The position numbers and the translations under genes are program-made. Source: Callorhinchus milii (Eukaryota). Taken from it: 64,000 bases of DNA. The notes below the pieces were generated by a model, which saw only the letters and a program-made list of their open reading frames with translations, ran no database searches and was not told the origin of the DNA. Shown one piece after another: positions 38,566 to 52,489 of this stretch (position 1 is the first letter of the stretch; each line of letters begins with the position of its first letter). The stretch lies in contig NW_024704743.1 in assembly GCF_018977255.1 (NCBI RefSeq), forward strand, positions 70,558,001-70,622,000, read 5' to 3'.

Positions 38566-39005
38566 GTCAGCCTGGCTCAATTGGTAATCCTCTTGCCTCT
38601 CAATCAGAAGATTTGGAGTTCAAATTTCACATCAGGTCTGAACTCACAGTCCAGGCTGACACTAGACTAGACTATACACTATGGGTGTATTGCATTGTCA
38701 CGGGAATCATCCTTCAGATGAGCTGTTGAATTCAGATCCCATTAACCTGTTCAGGTGCCCGTTAGAGATCCCATGGTACTACTCAAATAGAGAAAGAAGT
38801 TTGTCCTGGTGTCCCAGCCACTAATCCCCCAAATATAATTGATCATTCATTTCATTGGTGTTTGTGGGACATTGGTGTTTGCGGGCAAAGGGTCTGCAAA
38901 TGCAGTCACTCCAATTGACAGTAAAATCCTATGAAGCACTTTGAGATATCCTTGCGATTTTGAAGGAGCTTTATCAAATGCAATAATTATTATTACTATC
39001 ATCAT
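38566..39005 (+). mobile_element. Full-length Deu-domain SINE (family B)
   Basis: GTCAGCCTGGCTCAATTGGT head, CCTTCAGATGAG...GATCCCATGGTACTA core, (TAT)n tail. Confidence 0.8.
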
Positions 39006-41189
39006 TGTTATAAATATAATGTTGTCACTTCCTGCACATGTAAACTTGTCTTGTGATCATCCAAATATGTCTGAACTTCACCTCGTCATCTTCCATATTC
39101 TTTTCTTTTTGCAGATGCATATCTAGTTGTCTCTAAAATCTCTTCATATAATTTTCTTCAATTATTTCCCTAGTAACTTTTCCTTGGGGCTTATGCTTTT
39201 GGGTCAGCAAATTTACCAATCTGTGTGTGTATAATGGGATCAAAATCATTTTGAATCCAGATACAGTATATTGTTCTTCATTATGAACTCTGCCTCCAAT
39301 TTTTATATTGCCTACTAACCCTCCAAGTCATTTATATATTATCTCTTCCCTTAATTATTTTCCAAAATATAATCATATTGCTCCTTAAAATATTATTTTT
39401 TCATGATGGTAAATATCACATTTCTTCATAGCTTAATAGTCTAGAAATTAGAATCATTTACAGAACTTGTTCTCTTCATCCTTTCAATTGCCTCTATGTT
39501 TATTTGTTGATGACTGTGACCAGAACTGGACACCATCTGCTGTAGTCTCAGTGAAAGTACCTGTAATGCAATGCTGGATTTATAGTCTCTGAATACATAT
39601 CGTGACATTTTGTTTGTATTAAAACCACACTGTGATGATACCATATTGAATTATATACCTTCTATTTGCTAATTTTAATACAACATATATATTGCCTTAC
39701 ATCTGTTAACATTCAATGTGGTTTGTGATTCATCTGAGTATGAATCTTTCATTTCTTTGGATCCATAATTCCCATTTCCCCATTCAACATTACTTTGATT
39801 ATAGTTTTCCTCTCCATTTGCTTTCTTTCTTCATTTTCTATTTTCCTTTTTTTCTGCTTTTATTCATCCAATTTCCCTTGTTATCAATTCATTTGATTTC
39901 TTTCTGCTTATGGGCTGCTCTGAGTATGAGCAAAGAATAGTTTTCACTTTCTATTTTCCTCTTATTACTGCCTCAATATTAAAGGAGTCAATTGTTTAAT
40001 TATATTGAAACATCTTGAGGGCTCAGTTATTGTATTTATGATATATTAACGACACCATTAGATTTTTCAGATACTTAAGCAAGGTACTCTAGAAGTCTTT
40101 CGACTTTTAGTTAAGTGCGCATTTTCTCCATTCACTTTGTGAAACATCTACTTAATGTGATCTTTTTTGCATTATAGAAAATCCCGCTATAAGCACTCTC
40201 TGCCTTGTCACTTTTTCCTTCAAAATGTGACTGATGGGATTCTGCGATAGATTAATCAAGTGAAGACTTAGCATTTTCTTGATGAATTGCTTTTGTAACA
40301 TCATACTCTGTAGACAGATGAGAAATCATTTTAGATTTGAATAGATAAAACCTTTAGCCTTGTTGATTTTCAGAGTTTGCTGAAAAACCTTTAAAGAGAG
40401 ATGGTTAGGACCGTCAAAGGAATTTGTTGTTGTCAAAATTCTTTTACATCACTAATCAACTGTGTGTTTGATGGATTCTTTCAAATGATAAATGTTTCTT
40501 GACTCTACCTACTGGCTCTTCAGCAAGATCATTGCAGCATTCAGCTGGTTGCAATTTGTTGCAACTTATACATCAGTAATACTAAAGTGTTCTTATGATT
40601 GTTGCTACATATGTGGGTGATCAGTGTACAAAGCAGAGGTTGATGAGTAGAAATTGATAGGTATTTACAAGAAGAACAAGGCTAAGTATACAAGTTAAGA
40701 TGTTAGAATCACAGCCATGTTATTCATCCAAAAATACATTTCGAATTTCCATTTTCTGTAGAAAACATAGCAAATTAACATAGATTTACATAGAGGGAAC
40801 AGCACGGAAACAGGCTATTCTGCCCAAACAGTCCACGCTGGTGATAATATTCCACATGAGTCTCCAAACACTCCTTGCGTCCTCCCTTACGCTTCTATTC
40901 TCGTCCCCCTCATATCTGGATACATCTAAATAGCCATATGTCAATATAGCTGGTGAAATTGCTTTTGAGTAGTAGTTAGTTCAAAGTGATGCATTTACTG
41001 AGTTGCTCCATTTAAATAGTCCCTAGATCTTTTAATATTCAAATATTTCTCCTGAAGTGTTTAGGAATTGCACAAATGTAAAGGAAATAAACCAGGACAA
41101 CCCCCACCCCACACATACACAGAATGGCTCACATCCTGCTCCTACTCAGTGGGTGCAAATCAATTTAAGACCTGATCTAAAATAGTTCC

Positions 41190-41592
41190 GTTAAGGATTA
41201 GTCTGAATCGAGTCCTCCATTTAGAGCTGTTTCAGTAGTCTGGTTGTTGAGCCAAGCTGGTTCGCAGTATTCCAGGCCACTGATGATGACAGACCAGCCA
41301 GCTTGGATTGTCAACAGAATGGAGAGGGGAGGATCAGTCGCTGGAGATCATGGATTCTTCCTGTTCACCTTCTGTTAACCCTGCAGCCAAAGCCCTAATG
41401 GGTCCTCGCTGGATAGACAGTGAGAAGCTTACCAGGCAGCATGTTCCATATGCGGTTAAAGCTGGTTGAACTCCAGCAGTACCCTAACACACAATCTTGG
41501 GTCCCTAGATTTTGGGTCTTGCCAACGTGTCTCTAATACTCTCTAGGATTAGGTAAACATGGCGCATTCGTTAAGGGAGAGTGTGCATTTCA
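41190..41592 (-). repeat. Unclassified repeat family U fragment
   Basis: Reverse match to 52575-52970 (CTGTTAACCCTGCAGCCAAAGCC, AAGCTGGTT..ACTCCAGCAGTACCC). Confidence 0.75.
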
Positions 41593-41757
41593 TAGAACCC
41601 TAGAGAATTTTACACACAGGTCTTTCAGCCCATTGCATTTGTTGACTCTTTTAAAGAGCAATCCTTTCAGTCCCATTTAGCTGCTCTTTCCCCATAGCCC
41701 TGTAATTTACTCCCTTTTAGATATCTATCTAATTGCCAATTGAAAGCTAATATAATT

Positions 41758-42102
41758 GGAGTCCTGTAGCTCAGTATTTAGAGCAATCACCTCTTAAGCG
41801 AGAGACCTGGGTTTGATTCCCAGCAGGGCAAAACCTTGGGCCAGTTTCCTTACTCCATATGCCTAATAATAATCCTCAAGAAAAAAACCCAATAATAAAT
41901 GGGTCACTTCAATCCACGACTGTTTGTGGGACACTGCTGTGCACAATTTGGCTGCCGTATTTCGCCCACAAATATACAGTCAATTCACTTTACAGTATAT
42001 TCTGTGAAGTGCTTTGAGATGTCGAGAAGATGTGAAAAGCACTATATCAAATGCAAATATTATTATTATTATTATCAAATGCAAGGATTATTATTATATT
42101 AT
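41758..42102 (+). mobile_element. SINE family A, short form, duplicated tail
   Basis: Intact head; the tail unit TATCAAATGCAA..ATTATTAT occurs twice. Confidence 0.9.
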
Positions 42103-42436
42103 CTATGGATTCTGCCTCAACCATCATTCCTGGCCTATCCCAAACTCTCGGTGAAAAAAAATTCTAACTTTCCCATTTGCTCGTTTGCTAACTATCTTTA
42201 CTAAATTGATGCGCTTTAATCACTCACTAACTGACCAGTGGAAATAATTTCTCCCCATTAACTATTAAATCACCTCATTATTCTAAAGACCTTTATCAGA
42301 TCATCCCTTACCTTTCTTTGTTCCAAAGGAGAAAGTCCCAGTTCCTCCAGTTCCTGCTCATATGCCAAATCACTCATTCATATCATCCTAGTAAATTTCC
42401 TCTTCACTTCCTCTATTTCCCTGTTGTCTTTCTAAG

Positions 42437-42871
42437 AATTCAAGATCCTCATCCTCACCTCCAAGGCCATTCACGGCTTTGCTTTCTCCTACCTCTCCAA
42501 CCTACTATCCCCCTACCTACCTGCCCGTACCCTCCGTTCCTCTGGCTCCGGGCTGCTCCCCATCCCCCGCCCTAACCGCCCTACCATCGCTGCCGGGCCT
42601 TCAGCCCCTCAGCCCCTAGGCTCTGGAACTCCATCCCCCAGTGCCTTCGCCTCGCCTCCTCCCTTTCCTCCTTCAAGGCTGATCTCAAGACCTTTCTCTT
42701 CGATCGTGCCTTCAGCTCTCCTCTCGACTCTCTACCCTCTCCTCGCTCCTTCCCTTCCCTCCCCTCACCCTGACCATTTCACCCCTGCTTGGGTCCCGAC
42801 ACAACTGTCCAGCGCCTTGGGACGTCCTCCCGACGTGAAAGGCGCTCTATAAATGAAATCTTGTTGTTGTT
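42437..42871 (+). mobile_element. Young L2 3' fragment
   Basis: Near-identical to 53875-54325; perfect stem-loop; possible TAAG TSD. Confidence 0.92.
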
Positions 42872-44571
42872 TAAGGACGGATGACAGAAACTGAACATGA
42901 TATTCTAACTCAGATCTAACTATCAAATGATATAAGTTTAGCATTTCCTCTTTGGTTTTATATTCTTTAACTCTTTTTATAAAATCCATTCCAGACACAG
43001 GGAAATTTCCGTATGTAGGTGGAACCCTTAGTTTGGTTGGGATATTCTGAAGTGTGGTGACGGATTTCTGTACCAGTCTTGAGAGATGACTCAAATAGGT
43101 GTATACGATTTTAAATGGGATTGAAATATTAAATCCAGATCAATAATTTAGGATACACCAAAGATAATAATTGAAGACTCTAAAAGGTGTATTAGACATG
43201 TGTCATTGTGTAAGTCAGTTTAAGACTTCAGGCAGTGAAATTAGGAGTGTGACATCTAGAACAGTCTCTTGTTCAATATCTTTCTCTAAGAGAAATCCAT
43301 TTTGAACTAAAAATTTCACAGCTGGAAATGTAGAGAAACAATGAAACTTTAAAGAAGGAGCTTGTTCCAGGGTATACCTGAGGCATGAAGGCGAACAAAA
43401 GTGCTCAATGGCTTACCATTGAGTGTTTTGTTTAAAATATGTGATGCACACAGTATTATATTATTACTATATTGATTTTACTTTGCTCTCTCTGGAAATT
43501 GTCAATCAGTTTGAATATTATGTAAACTGAGATGAAAGTTAGAAATTAAGCAAGACCCGCTACGGCTATAGTGGGAGCTGGTTTACATTTCTGGTTTTGT
43601 GTATTTTTGGCAAGCTTCATATTCCAGAATTATAAGTAAGTGTTATCAGTGGCAGCATGTAGCACAGTGATTATAAGCGCTCACTTTTCATTTCAGCTTC
43701 TTCCTGGCCTTGTCACTGTAAAAATAGACTCCTATTTACAGTGGCAATGTTTCCATTAAGGAGACAGAAACTTTTTAAAGTTTATGCTGTGCCAGCTTGT
43801 TAAAGAAAAGAGGCTGGAATAGTTCTGGTGACTGGATGAGGTGGGAAAGTACTTCTAGTCTTTCACCCGAATCAGTTATGCAAAATAAGACCACTGGATA
43901 ACAAAAATGAAACTCTACCTGATAATGGTCTGTCATTTCATAGAAGCAATGCTGTATAAAAGTACTGATCTCTGGAATATGCGTGACTGGCTAATGTGGT
44001 TTGGCAGTAAGCACGTCCTTATGGATATTACCCCAGGTGACTTGGCCAAATAACTGTTTGAGGGACATTGGTGTGCACGTGCTGGCTGCTGTGTTCACCT
44101 ATAAAATACACAAAGTCACTACTCTTCACAGTATATCTTTTGAAGCACTTTGAGACGTCCTCTCGTCATGGAATGGTCGATATCAAATGGAAAGATTATT
44201 ATTATTATATTCCCAAACAATTTCACATGGGTTTACAACAGCTTGTACTTTTATAGCACTTTTCATGCCCCAACAACAACAACAACTTGCATTTGATTTG
44301 GTACCCTTCACGCAGGGTAGCATCTCGGAGCACTGAACAGTGGCGGAGCCAATGCCAGCCCGAGCTGGGGGAGAGGTGAAGGTGACCGTAAGCACAATCA
44401 AAGAGGAAGGTCCAAATTTTAGGAGCGTAGTAGCTGAAAGCATGGCTGCTGATGATGGAGCGGAGAGGATGAGAGGCAAGCAGAAGACCAGACCCAGACG
44501 AGCACTATGTAAATGCAAGTTGTTGTTGCTGTTACTTATACTTCCTTCCCATGAACTCCACCCCTCTAGGT

Positions 44572-44960
44572 GGAGCCCTGTAGCTCAGTGGTTATAGCAC
44601 TCCCTTCGCAAGCGAAAGACCTGGGTTTGATTCCCATCAGGGTGAAACGTAAGGCAAGTTTCCTTACTCCACACACCTTTGCTTGGCTGGCTCCAGCTTC
44701 CTATATGTCCCTCAACAGCTCCGCTCCACCATTGGTGGCTGTGCTTTCAGCCACTACACCCCAAAACTCTGGAACTCTCTCCCTCAATCCCTCCGCCTTG
44801 CCCCCTCACACCCCAAATTCATATCTCGCCTAAAGACCTTTCTTTTTGATTGTGCTCATGGTCACCAACCCCCTCCTGGCTCGTTGTCAGACTCCACCTC
44901 TGTCAAGCGCTCTGGGACGCTACCCCACGTGAAGGGCGAGATATAAATGCAAGTTTTTTT
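44572..44960 (+). mobile_element. SINE family A head fused to an L2 3' end
   Basis: tRNA head 44572-44678 joins directly to L2 sequence (STIGGCAFSHYTPKLWNSLP...RLKTFLF) and a stem-loop tail. Confidence 0.75.
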
Positions 44961-44961
44961 T

Positions 44962-46290
44962 TCATAGATTCATAGAATGTTACGGCACAGAAGGAGGCCA
45001 TTCGGCCCATTGAGTCTGTGCGGCTCTTTGACAGAGCAAGTCACTTTCACTAACCCCAGAATTATCACTAGCATTCTCCCGATAACGCTGCAAACCCGTC
45101 CTCCCCAGATACCTATCCAGTTCTCTCTTAAAAGCTGTTATCGAATCAGACTTCACTACCCTTTCAGGCAGATCATTCCAAATTCGAACAACTTGCTGAG
45201 TGAAAAAATTTCTTCTAACCTCCCCTCTGCTTCTTTTGGTAGATATCCTAAGACTGTGACCACGGATCACAGGCACACCTACCAGCGGAAACAGCTTTGC
45301 CTTATCTAGCCTGTCAAAACCTTTCATGATCTTGAAGACGGTCCCCGCGTAACCTTCTCTGCTCTAATGAGAAAAGTCCTAACTTCTCCAGCCTGTCCTC
45401 ATAGCTAAGGTTCCCCATTCCTGGTATCATTCTCGTAAATCTCCTCTGCACCCTTTCCAGTGCCTTAATGTTCTTTCTGAAGTAAGGTGCCCAGAACTGG
45501 ACGCAGTACTCCAGCTGAGGCCTAACCAGTGTTTTGTATAGATTAACCATAACCTCCTTACTCTTATACTCTATGCCCCTACTAATAAAGCTCAGTACAC
45601 CAAATGCCTTTTTTACTGCCTTATCTACCTGCCCCGCTACCTTTAATGATTCGCTTACTTGAACACCCAGATCTCTCTGTACGTTCACCCCCCTTAAGAT
45701 TGAGCTACCAAGTCTATGTTGCCTCCTATCATTTTTCCTATCTAAGTGTATTACCTCACACTTATCCAAATTGAAATCCATCTGCCATATGTCAGCCCAT
45801 TCCACCATTCTGTGTATGTCTGCTTGCAGTTGGTTACAGTCCTCCTCACTATTTACTACCCGACCTATCTTTGTATCATCTGCAAACTTGGAAATAGTGC
45901 TCTCTATGCCCAAGTTCAGATCATTAATATATATTAGAAAGACCAGTGGTCCCAATACCAATCCCTGGCGGACACCGCTGCACACCTCCTCCATTTCGAG
46001 AAACACCCATTAACCACCACCCTCTGCTTTCTGTCACTCAGCCAGTTCTTAATCCAAACTGCCACTGTCCCCTTAATACTGTGGGCCTCTAATTTTTGTA
46101 TTAATCTCTTATGTGGTACTGTGTCAAAAGCCTTTCTGAAATCCACGTAAATAACGTCCACCGCATTTCCCTCATCAACCCTCGCAGTCACCTCTTCAAA
46201 AAATTCTATTAAATTTGTTAGGCAAGATTTGCCTTTAACAAGTCAATGTTGGCTGTCTCTAATTACCTCATGTTCCTCTAAGTAGAGATT
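44962..46290 (-). mobile_element. CR1-clade LINE, 5'-truncated, well-preserved RT
   Basis: VDVIYVDFRKAFDTVPH, SGVRQGLVLGPLVFLIYINDL, SKFADDTK, LVRPQLEYCVQFW, FFTQQVVRIWNDLP; CATAGATTCATAGAAT terminus. Confidence 0.95.
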
Positions 46291-47544
46291 TGTTCTGTCT
46301 GTTGTTGTTTCCAGTTGGAAAATTTCTGTTTTCATGCAATAAAATGAAATGTACATTTATACAGAGCCTTTCGGGTCAACAACAACAACAAGATTGCATT
46401 TATAGAGCGCCTTTCACGTTGGGAGGACGTCCCAAGGCGCTGGACAGTTGGGTCGTGAGGAAGTCTCAAAGGGTTTGACACAGCTGGATGGGCATCTGAG
46501 CTGGAGGGGGTGGGCAGGGGAGGTGATGGGGTGGGGGTGAGGATTGATTCTTAAAAACAGTAATATACTTTGGTTTATTAACCTGCCAGCACTTATTGTC
46601 TAGACTCAGATTGGGATGATGCACACATTTCACAGATTCTAGTATTCCACCCATCCAGTTGAGTTGAAATGAACAAAAAAATCTAGCTTTCAGAATAAAA
46701 TGACATTCAGCCTGAAGATATTGGAGTAAAACAGCAAAATAATTTAAAATAGAAAAAAATGCACACTTGAATCAGTTCCTTTTATAGCACAGAGGAGGCA
46801 AGATTTGGAAAAAAAAATGTAATCACTTTTTTTCTTTATACAGGTCTAATTATTCATGAGGAGCAATCATTTGTACTGTGATGCTGTTCTAGTAAACAAC
46901 TTTCTGCATCTGATGTGCTCCTTGATATAAATACATTTTACAGTATATCCTATGAAGCGCTTTGAGACGTCTTGACAATGTGATAATGCACTATATCAAA
47001 TGCAAGGAATATTATATTATGATAATAATCATACTCTGAAAATTAGATGTTTCGACTGTGATACGTATGACTTAGATTTGAATAATCCTGCAATTGGAGA
47101 AAAAGAGAAAACATTGGCCACTTTATTTAAGTATTTTCTTGAGAATGTTTATTAGGAGCCAAGAGAACGTTGAACTGAAATTGACTGCCACGAATGACTG
47201 CAAAACTGCACAGATGCAACATCTGACAATAAACCCTATGAAATGCTTTGAGATGTTTCATTGTGATACAATGCCATATCAAATGCACCCACCCATAGAC
47301 TGAGAAAGTGAAATAACCCTTGAGTACCAGATTAGACATTAACCTTTTACATTATATTCCCTGCAAAATAACCAAAAATCTAAACTTTATTTCATTATTT
47401 TCAGCAATTTTCTTTTTTGTTCACCTTCACTTCTTAATGTGACTCATCCAAACTTTGACTATGTTTTCCTTCTAAGTTACAATTCTGTCTGGATGATGCA
47501 ATTTATCCAATACCTTCCATAGAGTCTTAGCAATAAGTTTTAAG

Positions 47545-47925
47545 AACATAAGAATTTGCTAGGTGAAAGAAGACTAAGGCCCATCTAGTTCGTTTTCCAC
47601 CATCCTGGCAGTCGCTTGACAAATCGTGACCCAAAACTATATATTGTATCCCAAGATATTATTTTCCAGCAAAAATCTATCGAATTTGTTCTTGAAACAA
47701 ACAGCACTTTCTGTTTCCACTGTCTCCCTTGGGAGCCTGTTCAATAAGTGTAGTACTTGCTCACCAAAGTAGTGTTTCCACAGATTTGTTCTGAATTTCC
47801 CCCCTTTCAATCGCAGGCCATGTCCTCTGGTTCTACTGTTCAGTACAAGGTAAAACAGCTTATCATGGTCTATATTATCTATTCCTTTCAGAATCTTAAA
47901 GACTGTAATCATATCACCCCTTCTG
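47545..47925 (-). mobile_element. CR1 3' fragment
   Basis: ORF MITVFKILKGID...TRGHGLRLKGGKFRTN; (AAGAACAT) terminus. Confidence 0.8.
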
Positions 47926-50394
47926 ACATGAAAGGTATTATATAAATGTAAATTCTATTGTATTGTATATCATAATATTTATACCAGGAATTACAAATAA
48001 CTACTCCAAGTCACAAATCATCTTTAATTCATTTCAGTTCATTTACTTCATGGCTATTTGTGGGACATTGTTACAGCAAATTGCAAATTGGCTACAGCAT
48101 TTGCCTACAGAAATCTTCAAGACATCCTCCTGACATGGAATGCACTATGAAATGTCAGGATTATGATTATTATTAATAATGGACATTACTGAGCATTACA
48201 TTAATGTTACTGAGGGATATAAGGACATATACTGATAGAGATAATTAAATGCTGTGTGGTAAACTGTGTTCCTGAGCTTCTAGAGGATCAAAAGAGATCT
48301 GGAGAGATCAGAACAATGATCCAAGAAGAGAGAAACAGCAATGTGATGGAGGCAAACAGTATAACATGTGTGCAGTAGCTAGGAGGAAAATCAGGAAACA
48401 ACAATGTTATGGCAAACATATGTATTTTCTTCTGGTCCATGAATTCTGCCTGCAGACTCTCTCAGATGCAAATGAAAAATCCTGACAACTGGCAATGCTC
48501 CAAATAAAGCGTTCGCCCATTGTGCCACTACGAATAATGAGAGAAATATGTTATCAATGCATCATGATAAAGATTAGTAATGATATCAATATATCACTGC
48601 AAAGTAAGTTGAGAAATATGTTTTCAATCATTGTCACGATAAACCAGACTTGGGTCAATTTACAAATCACAGCAAAATCTACAACACTGCAATACCACCT
48701 TCTAATGTGATAATTGTTCCCACAGCAACATTAATTGAAATGTTAACAACGACTGTTTAAATCTACAATATTACCACAACAATGGAATAATTCTGGCATT
48801 AACATTTTTTAGGATATCACAAAGAAAGCACATATATCCCAGGGAGGATTTGCTGTAATTGGGAATCAAATCTGTATGGGGAAGGTCCTGCGGATTGCAA
48901 ATGCCTTTGACAACAGGCACCCAACCAATTAGGGCGGATTCATGGGGGAAAAGCACAAGTAGATAGATGCACACAAAAAAGAGTGCTAACATGAGAAGTG
49001 GCAATTATAAATATCTTATGTCAACCAATCATTCTAGTTTGCAAACATCTCTCGAAAAAAGCAGGGTCAAAAGTTGAAAATCGATCAATACAGACAAAAA
49101 ACAAGAGCAAAACTGAACACCAAATTGGGAATGAAGCTGATTATCAATTCTTGTTTACTGCACGATCCAAACTGTCACACTAAAATAACAGTTGCTCTTT
49201 TTTTAACCAAATAGAACACAAGCAATGACATAGCGCTTCTTGAAAGGAATTTATCTTTAAAATGGCGGCCAGACATGTATCAGTAAAGAGATATTCACAA
49301 AATGTTCACTGGCAAAAAATCTGAGGCTGGCAGACTGCAGATTCTGACTGATTCCGAGGAAGAACATTGCTTCTGAAGTGGTACTTGGCCCATGAATATC
49401 ATGCCTGCACAGTGTTGGATAGAGGTTGTTGTTGGCAGCCATGAGCAGATACTCACCATGAGTAGCCAATGTAGGGGACTTAAAATACAAGGCAGATAAA
49501 TTCAGGCCAGCAGCAGTCTGTCCCTGTTCTCCGAAACTCCTGGCCACATAACTTTGGATGCCCTTCAAAGAAATTGTCCAAATCACTCCAAAGCCTGAAG
49601 CTCATCACTACAGGAGTGAGGCGGGGGTGGGGGGTTGGGTATAGTCATCTTTCCACCATTCTTCTAAGTAGGAGTGGGTATTCAGACCATTGTACTCATT
49701 ATCCTGTTCTCTGGAATTTCATCCCGAACCCTGTTTTCTCCCTCCCCACCTATAAAGCCTGCCTTAACACCATTCTTTTCCACTGTGCTATCATCACCTC
49801 CCTTTCCGCTCATACAAAAACACCCAACTCAGTTCCCCCACCGCCACCTCAGGCTCCCAGGCAGCTGTGTAAAGTTTTTGAGACACCTGTCTGATGTGAA
49901 GCCGCTATATAAATATAAATTGTTGTTGTTGCTTCCAGAGAGGGAGCGTAGTCGGGAATTTCCTTCGAGCTTACTCACAGGGAGAGAAGGAATCTAGCCT
50001 GTGGTTTTGTGGGGGAAAATTGTGAAACACTCCCTCAATCTCCTTTCCTTCTATGGTATACTGTTTGTCAAAACTAAAGATTAATGCCATCTAACAGGTA
50101 TTCGTTAATTTATCTAAGGCACTGAAATTATTGCTGAGAGCAATGTTTGTTCTTATGTGACATTGTTTGTGTCTGTTTGTAGCTTTGTTCTATTTGCTCT
50201 TTTTGGCTGTGTAATGTAGTCATGCCACCCATATATTCCCCCAAACTGATTTAATATTTGATGGTCATTGAATTCAAATATCATTGGCATTTGACTGGTT
50301 GAAAATTAATTCTGGCTTTCTGTTGGAAGAACCTCCTGGGGTATTGTAGATCAACCAGAATATTGAAGGAATACAAACTTTGTCAATGTCCAAA

Positions 50395-52116
50395 TAAGGA
50401 AATGGCTGACTAGTTAAATACATACTTTGCTACCGTTTTTACAGTAGCAGATGAGGACAAAATACTAGCCATGCAGGGAACCTAAACATAAGTCAAACAG
50501 AAATGCTTAATAAAATTAATATAAATTTAAAAAAAGGTAATGGAGAAAATAATGAGACCAAGGATAGACAAATCTCCAGGATGTGATAGTTTCCACCAGA
50601 GGGTGGAAATAGGAGAGTAAATTGCAGATGTATTCATCATAATTTTCCAAAGCTCACTAGATTTGGGAATTGTGCCCTTAGATTGGAAAATTGCGAATGT
50701 CACTCCATTATTTAAGAATGGAGGGAGCGATTAACCAGGAAACTACAGACCTGTCATCTTAACGTCAGTTGTAGGGAAAATACTGAAATCCATCATCAGG
50801 GACAGACTAACTGAATACTTGGACAGGTATGAGCCAGTCAAAGAGAGTCAGCTTAGGTTTGTGAAAGGTAGGTTGTGAATGACTAATCTAGTTGAATTTT
50901 TTGAGGAGGTCACCAAAATACTAGATAAGAGAGTGTCTATGGATGTTGTTTATATGGACTTTCAGAAGGCATTTGATAAGATTCTGCATAAAAGATTATT
51001 AGCGAAGATGGAAGCGCATGGAGTCGGAGGTAATCTTATGACGTGGTTTGGTAATTGGTTGGGAGGCAGGAAACACAGAGTAGGGATAAAAGGAATGTTC
51101 TCTGATTGCGGGACGTGACAAGTGGTGTCCCCCAGCTGGGACCTCAGCTACTCACCATACATATAAATGACTTGGTTGAAGGAATAGAAAGTTTTATATC
51201 CAAGTTTGCAGATGACCCTAAGCTAGGAGGCTCAGTAAGTTATGTAGATGGGAATAAGAAGTTATAAAGAGACTTAGACAGGTTAAATGAATGGGCAAAG
51301 CTGTTGCAGATGGAGTTCAATGTAAGGAAGTGTGAGGTCATCCACTATGGATCAAAAAAGGATAAAGCAGAATATTTTGTTAATGGGGAGATACTAAGAA
51401 CTGTGGTGGAGCAAAGGGATTTGGGTGTCCATATCCACAAATCACTAAAAACGAGTTCCCGGGTGCAAAAAGTAATCAAAAAGGCGAATGGAATGTTGGC
51501 CTTTATCTCAAAGGGCCTGGAATACAAAGGGGAAGAAATGATGCTTCTGCTATATAGACCATTGGTCAGACCCCATCTGGAGACTGCATTCAGTTTTGGA
51601 GCCCCTTCACTTCAGGAAAGATATATTGACCCTGGAGGTGTTACGGCACAGGTTCACTAGAATGTTACCAGGCCTTAAAGGGTTAAGTTACAAAGAAAGG
51701 CTATGTAAAGTTAGATTGTAGTTCCTTGAGTTGAGAAGATTGAGGGGTGATTTAATTGAAGCATTTAAGATGATAAAAGGATTTAATAGGGGAGATACAG
51801 ATACGCAAGGAGCATAGTCTTAAAATTAGAATGAGGCCATTTAAGAGTGAAATCAGGAAGCATTTTTATACTCAAAGATTGGTAGAAATCTGGAATTCTC
51901 TCCCCCAAAAGGCCGTGGATTCTGGATTCATCCAAACCTTCAAGAATGAGGTTGATAGATTTTGGGTAGGTCAGGATATTAAGGGATATGGGGAGAAAGT
52001 GGGAAATTGGAATTGACAGGATTAGTTGAGGTACTGATCAGCCATGATCTAATTGAATGGCGGAACAGGCACAAAGGGCTAAATAGCCTACTCCTGGTCC
52101 TATGTTTCTATGTTCC
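50395..52116 (+). mobile_element. CR1-clade LINE, 5'-truncated, degenerate RT
   Basis: LNTYFATVFT, DWKIANVTPLFK, GNYRPV, TNLVEFFEEVT, MDFQKAFDK, SKFADD, FYTQRLVEIWNSLP; CCTATGTTTCTATGTTCC terminus. Confidence 0.93.
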
Positions 52117-52489
52117 CTTTGTGGATGGAACTCTCATTGACGACTTAAGATATTGGATAAAACAGAAAAGGCATAAAACAACAACAAATTGCATTTATAT
52201 AGCCCCTTTCACACCAGGGTGTGTGTTGCTGTTTACAATTGTTTTTTTGAAGACAAGAGGAAATGGATGAGATAATGACCTATGCAACACAACAACAATT
52301 TGAAGTGTAACCACACAGTGCAGTACTTGTTCTGTTCAGATCATTCCATCATTGAGAGCTTTGGCTGAAAGGGTGTTACCTCCACATCCACCTTTGCCAA
52401 GCATGTCTATTACGAGACACAGGAAACCCTACTTATCCATTCTTCTGAAGAAGATATTCCATAGAGAATGGGTCATCTCTTTTTATTTG

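Larger units (their letters stand above)
41595..42990 (-). mobile_element. CR1 3' fragment interrupted by a SINE and an L2
   Basis: Minus ORF piece KRVKEYKTKEEMLNLYHLIVRSELEYHVQF; CR1-type terminus near 41600. Confidence 0.65.
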
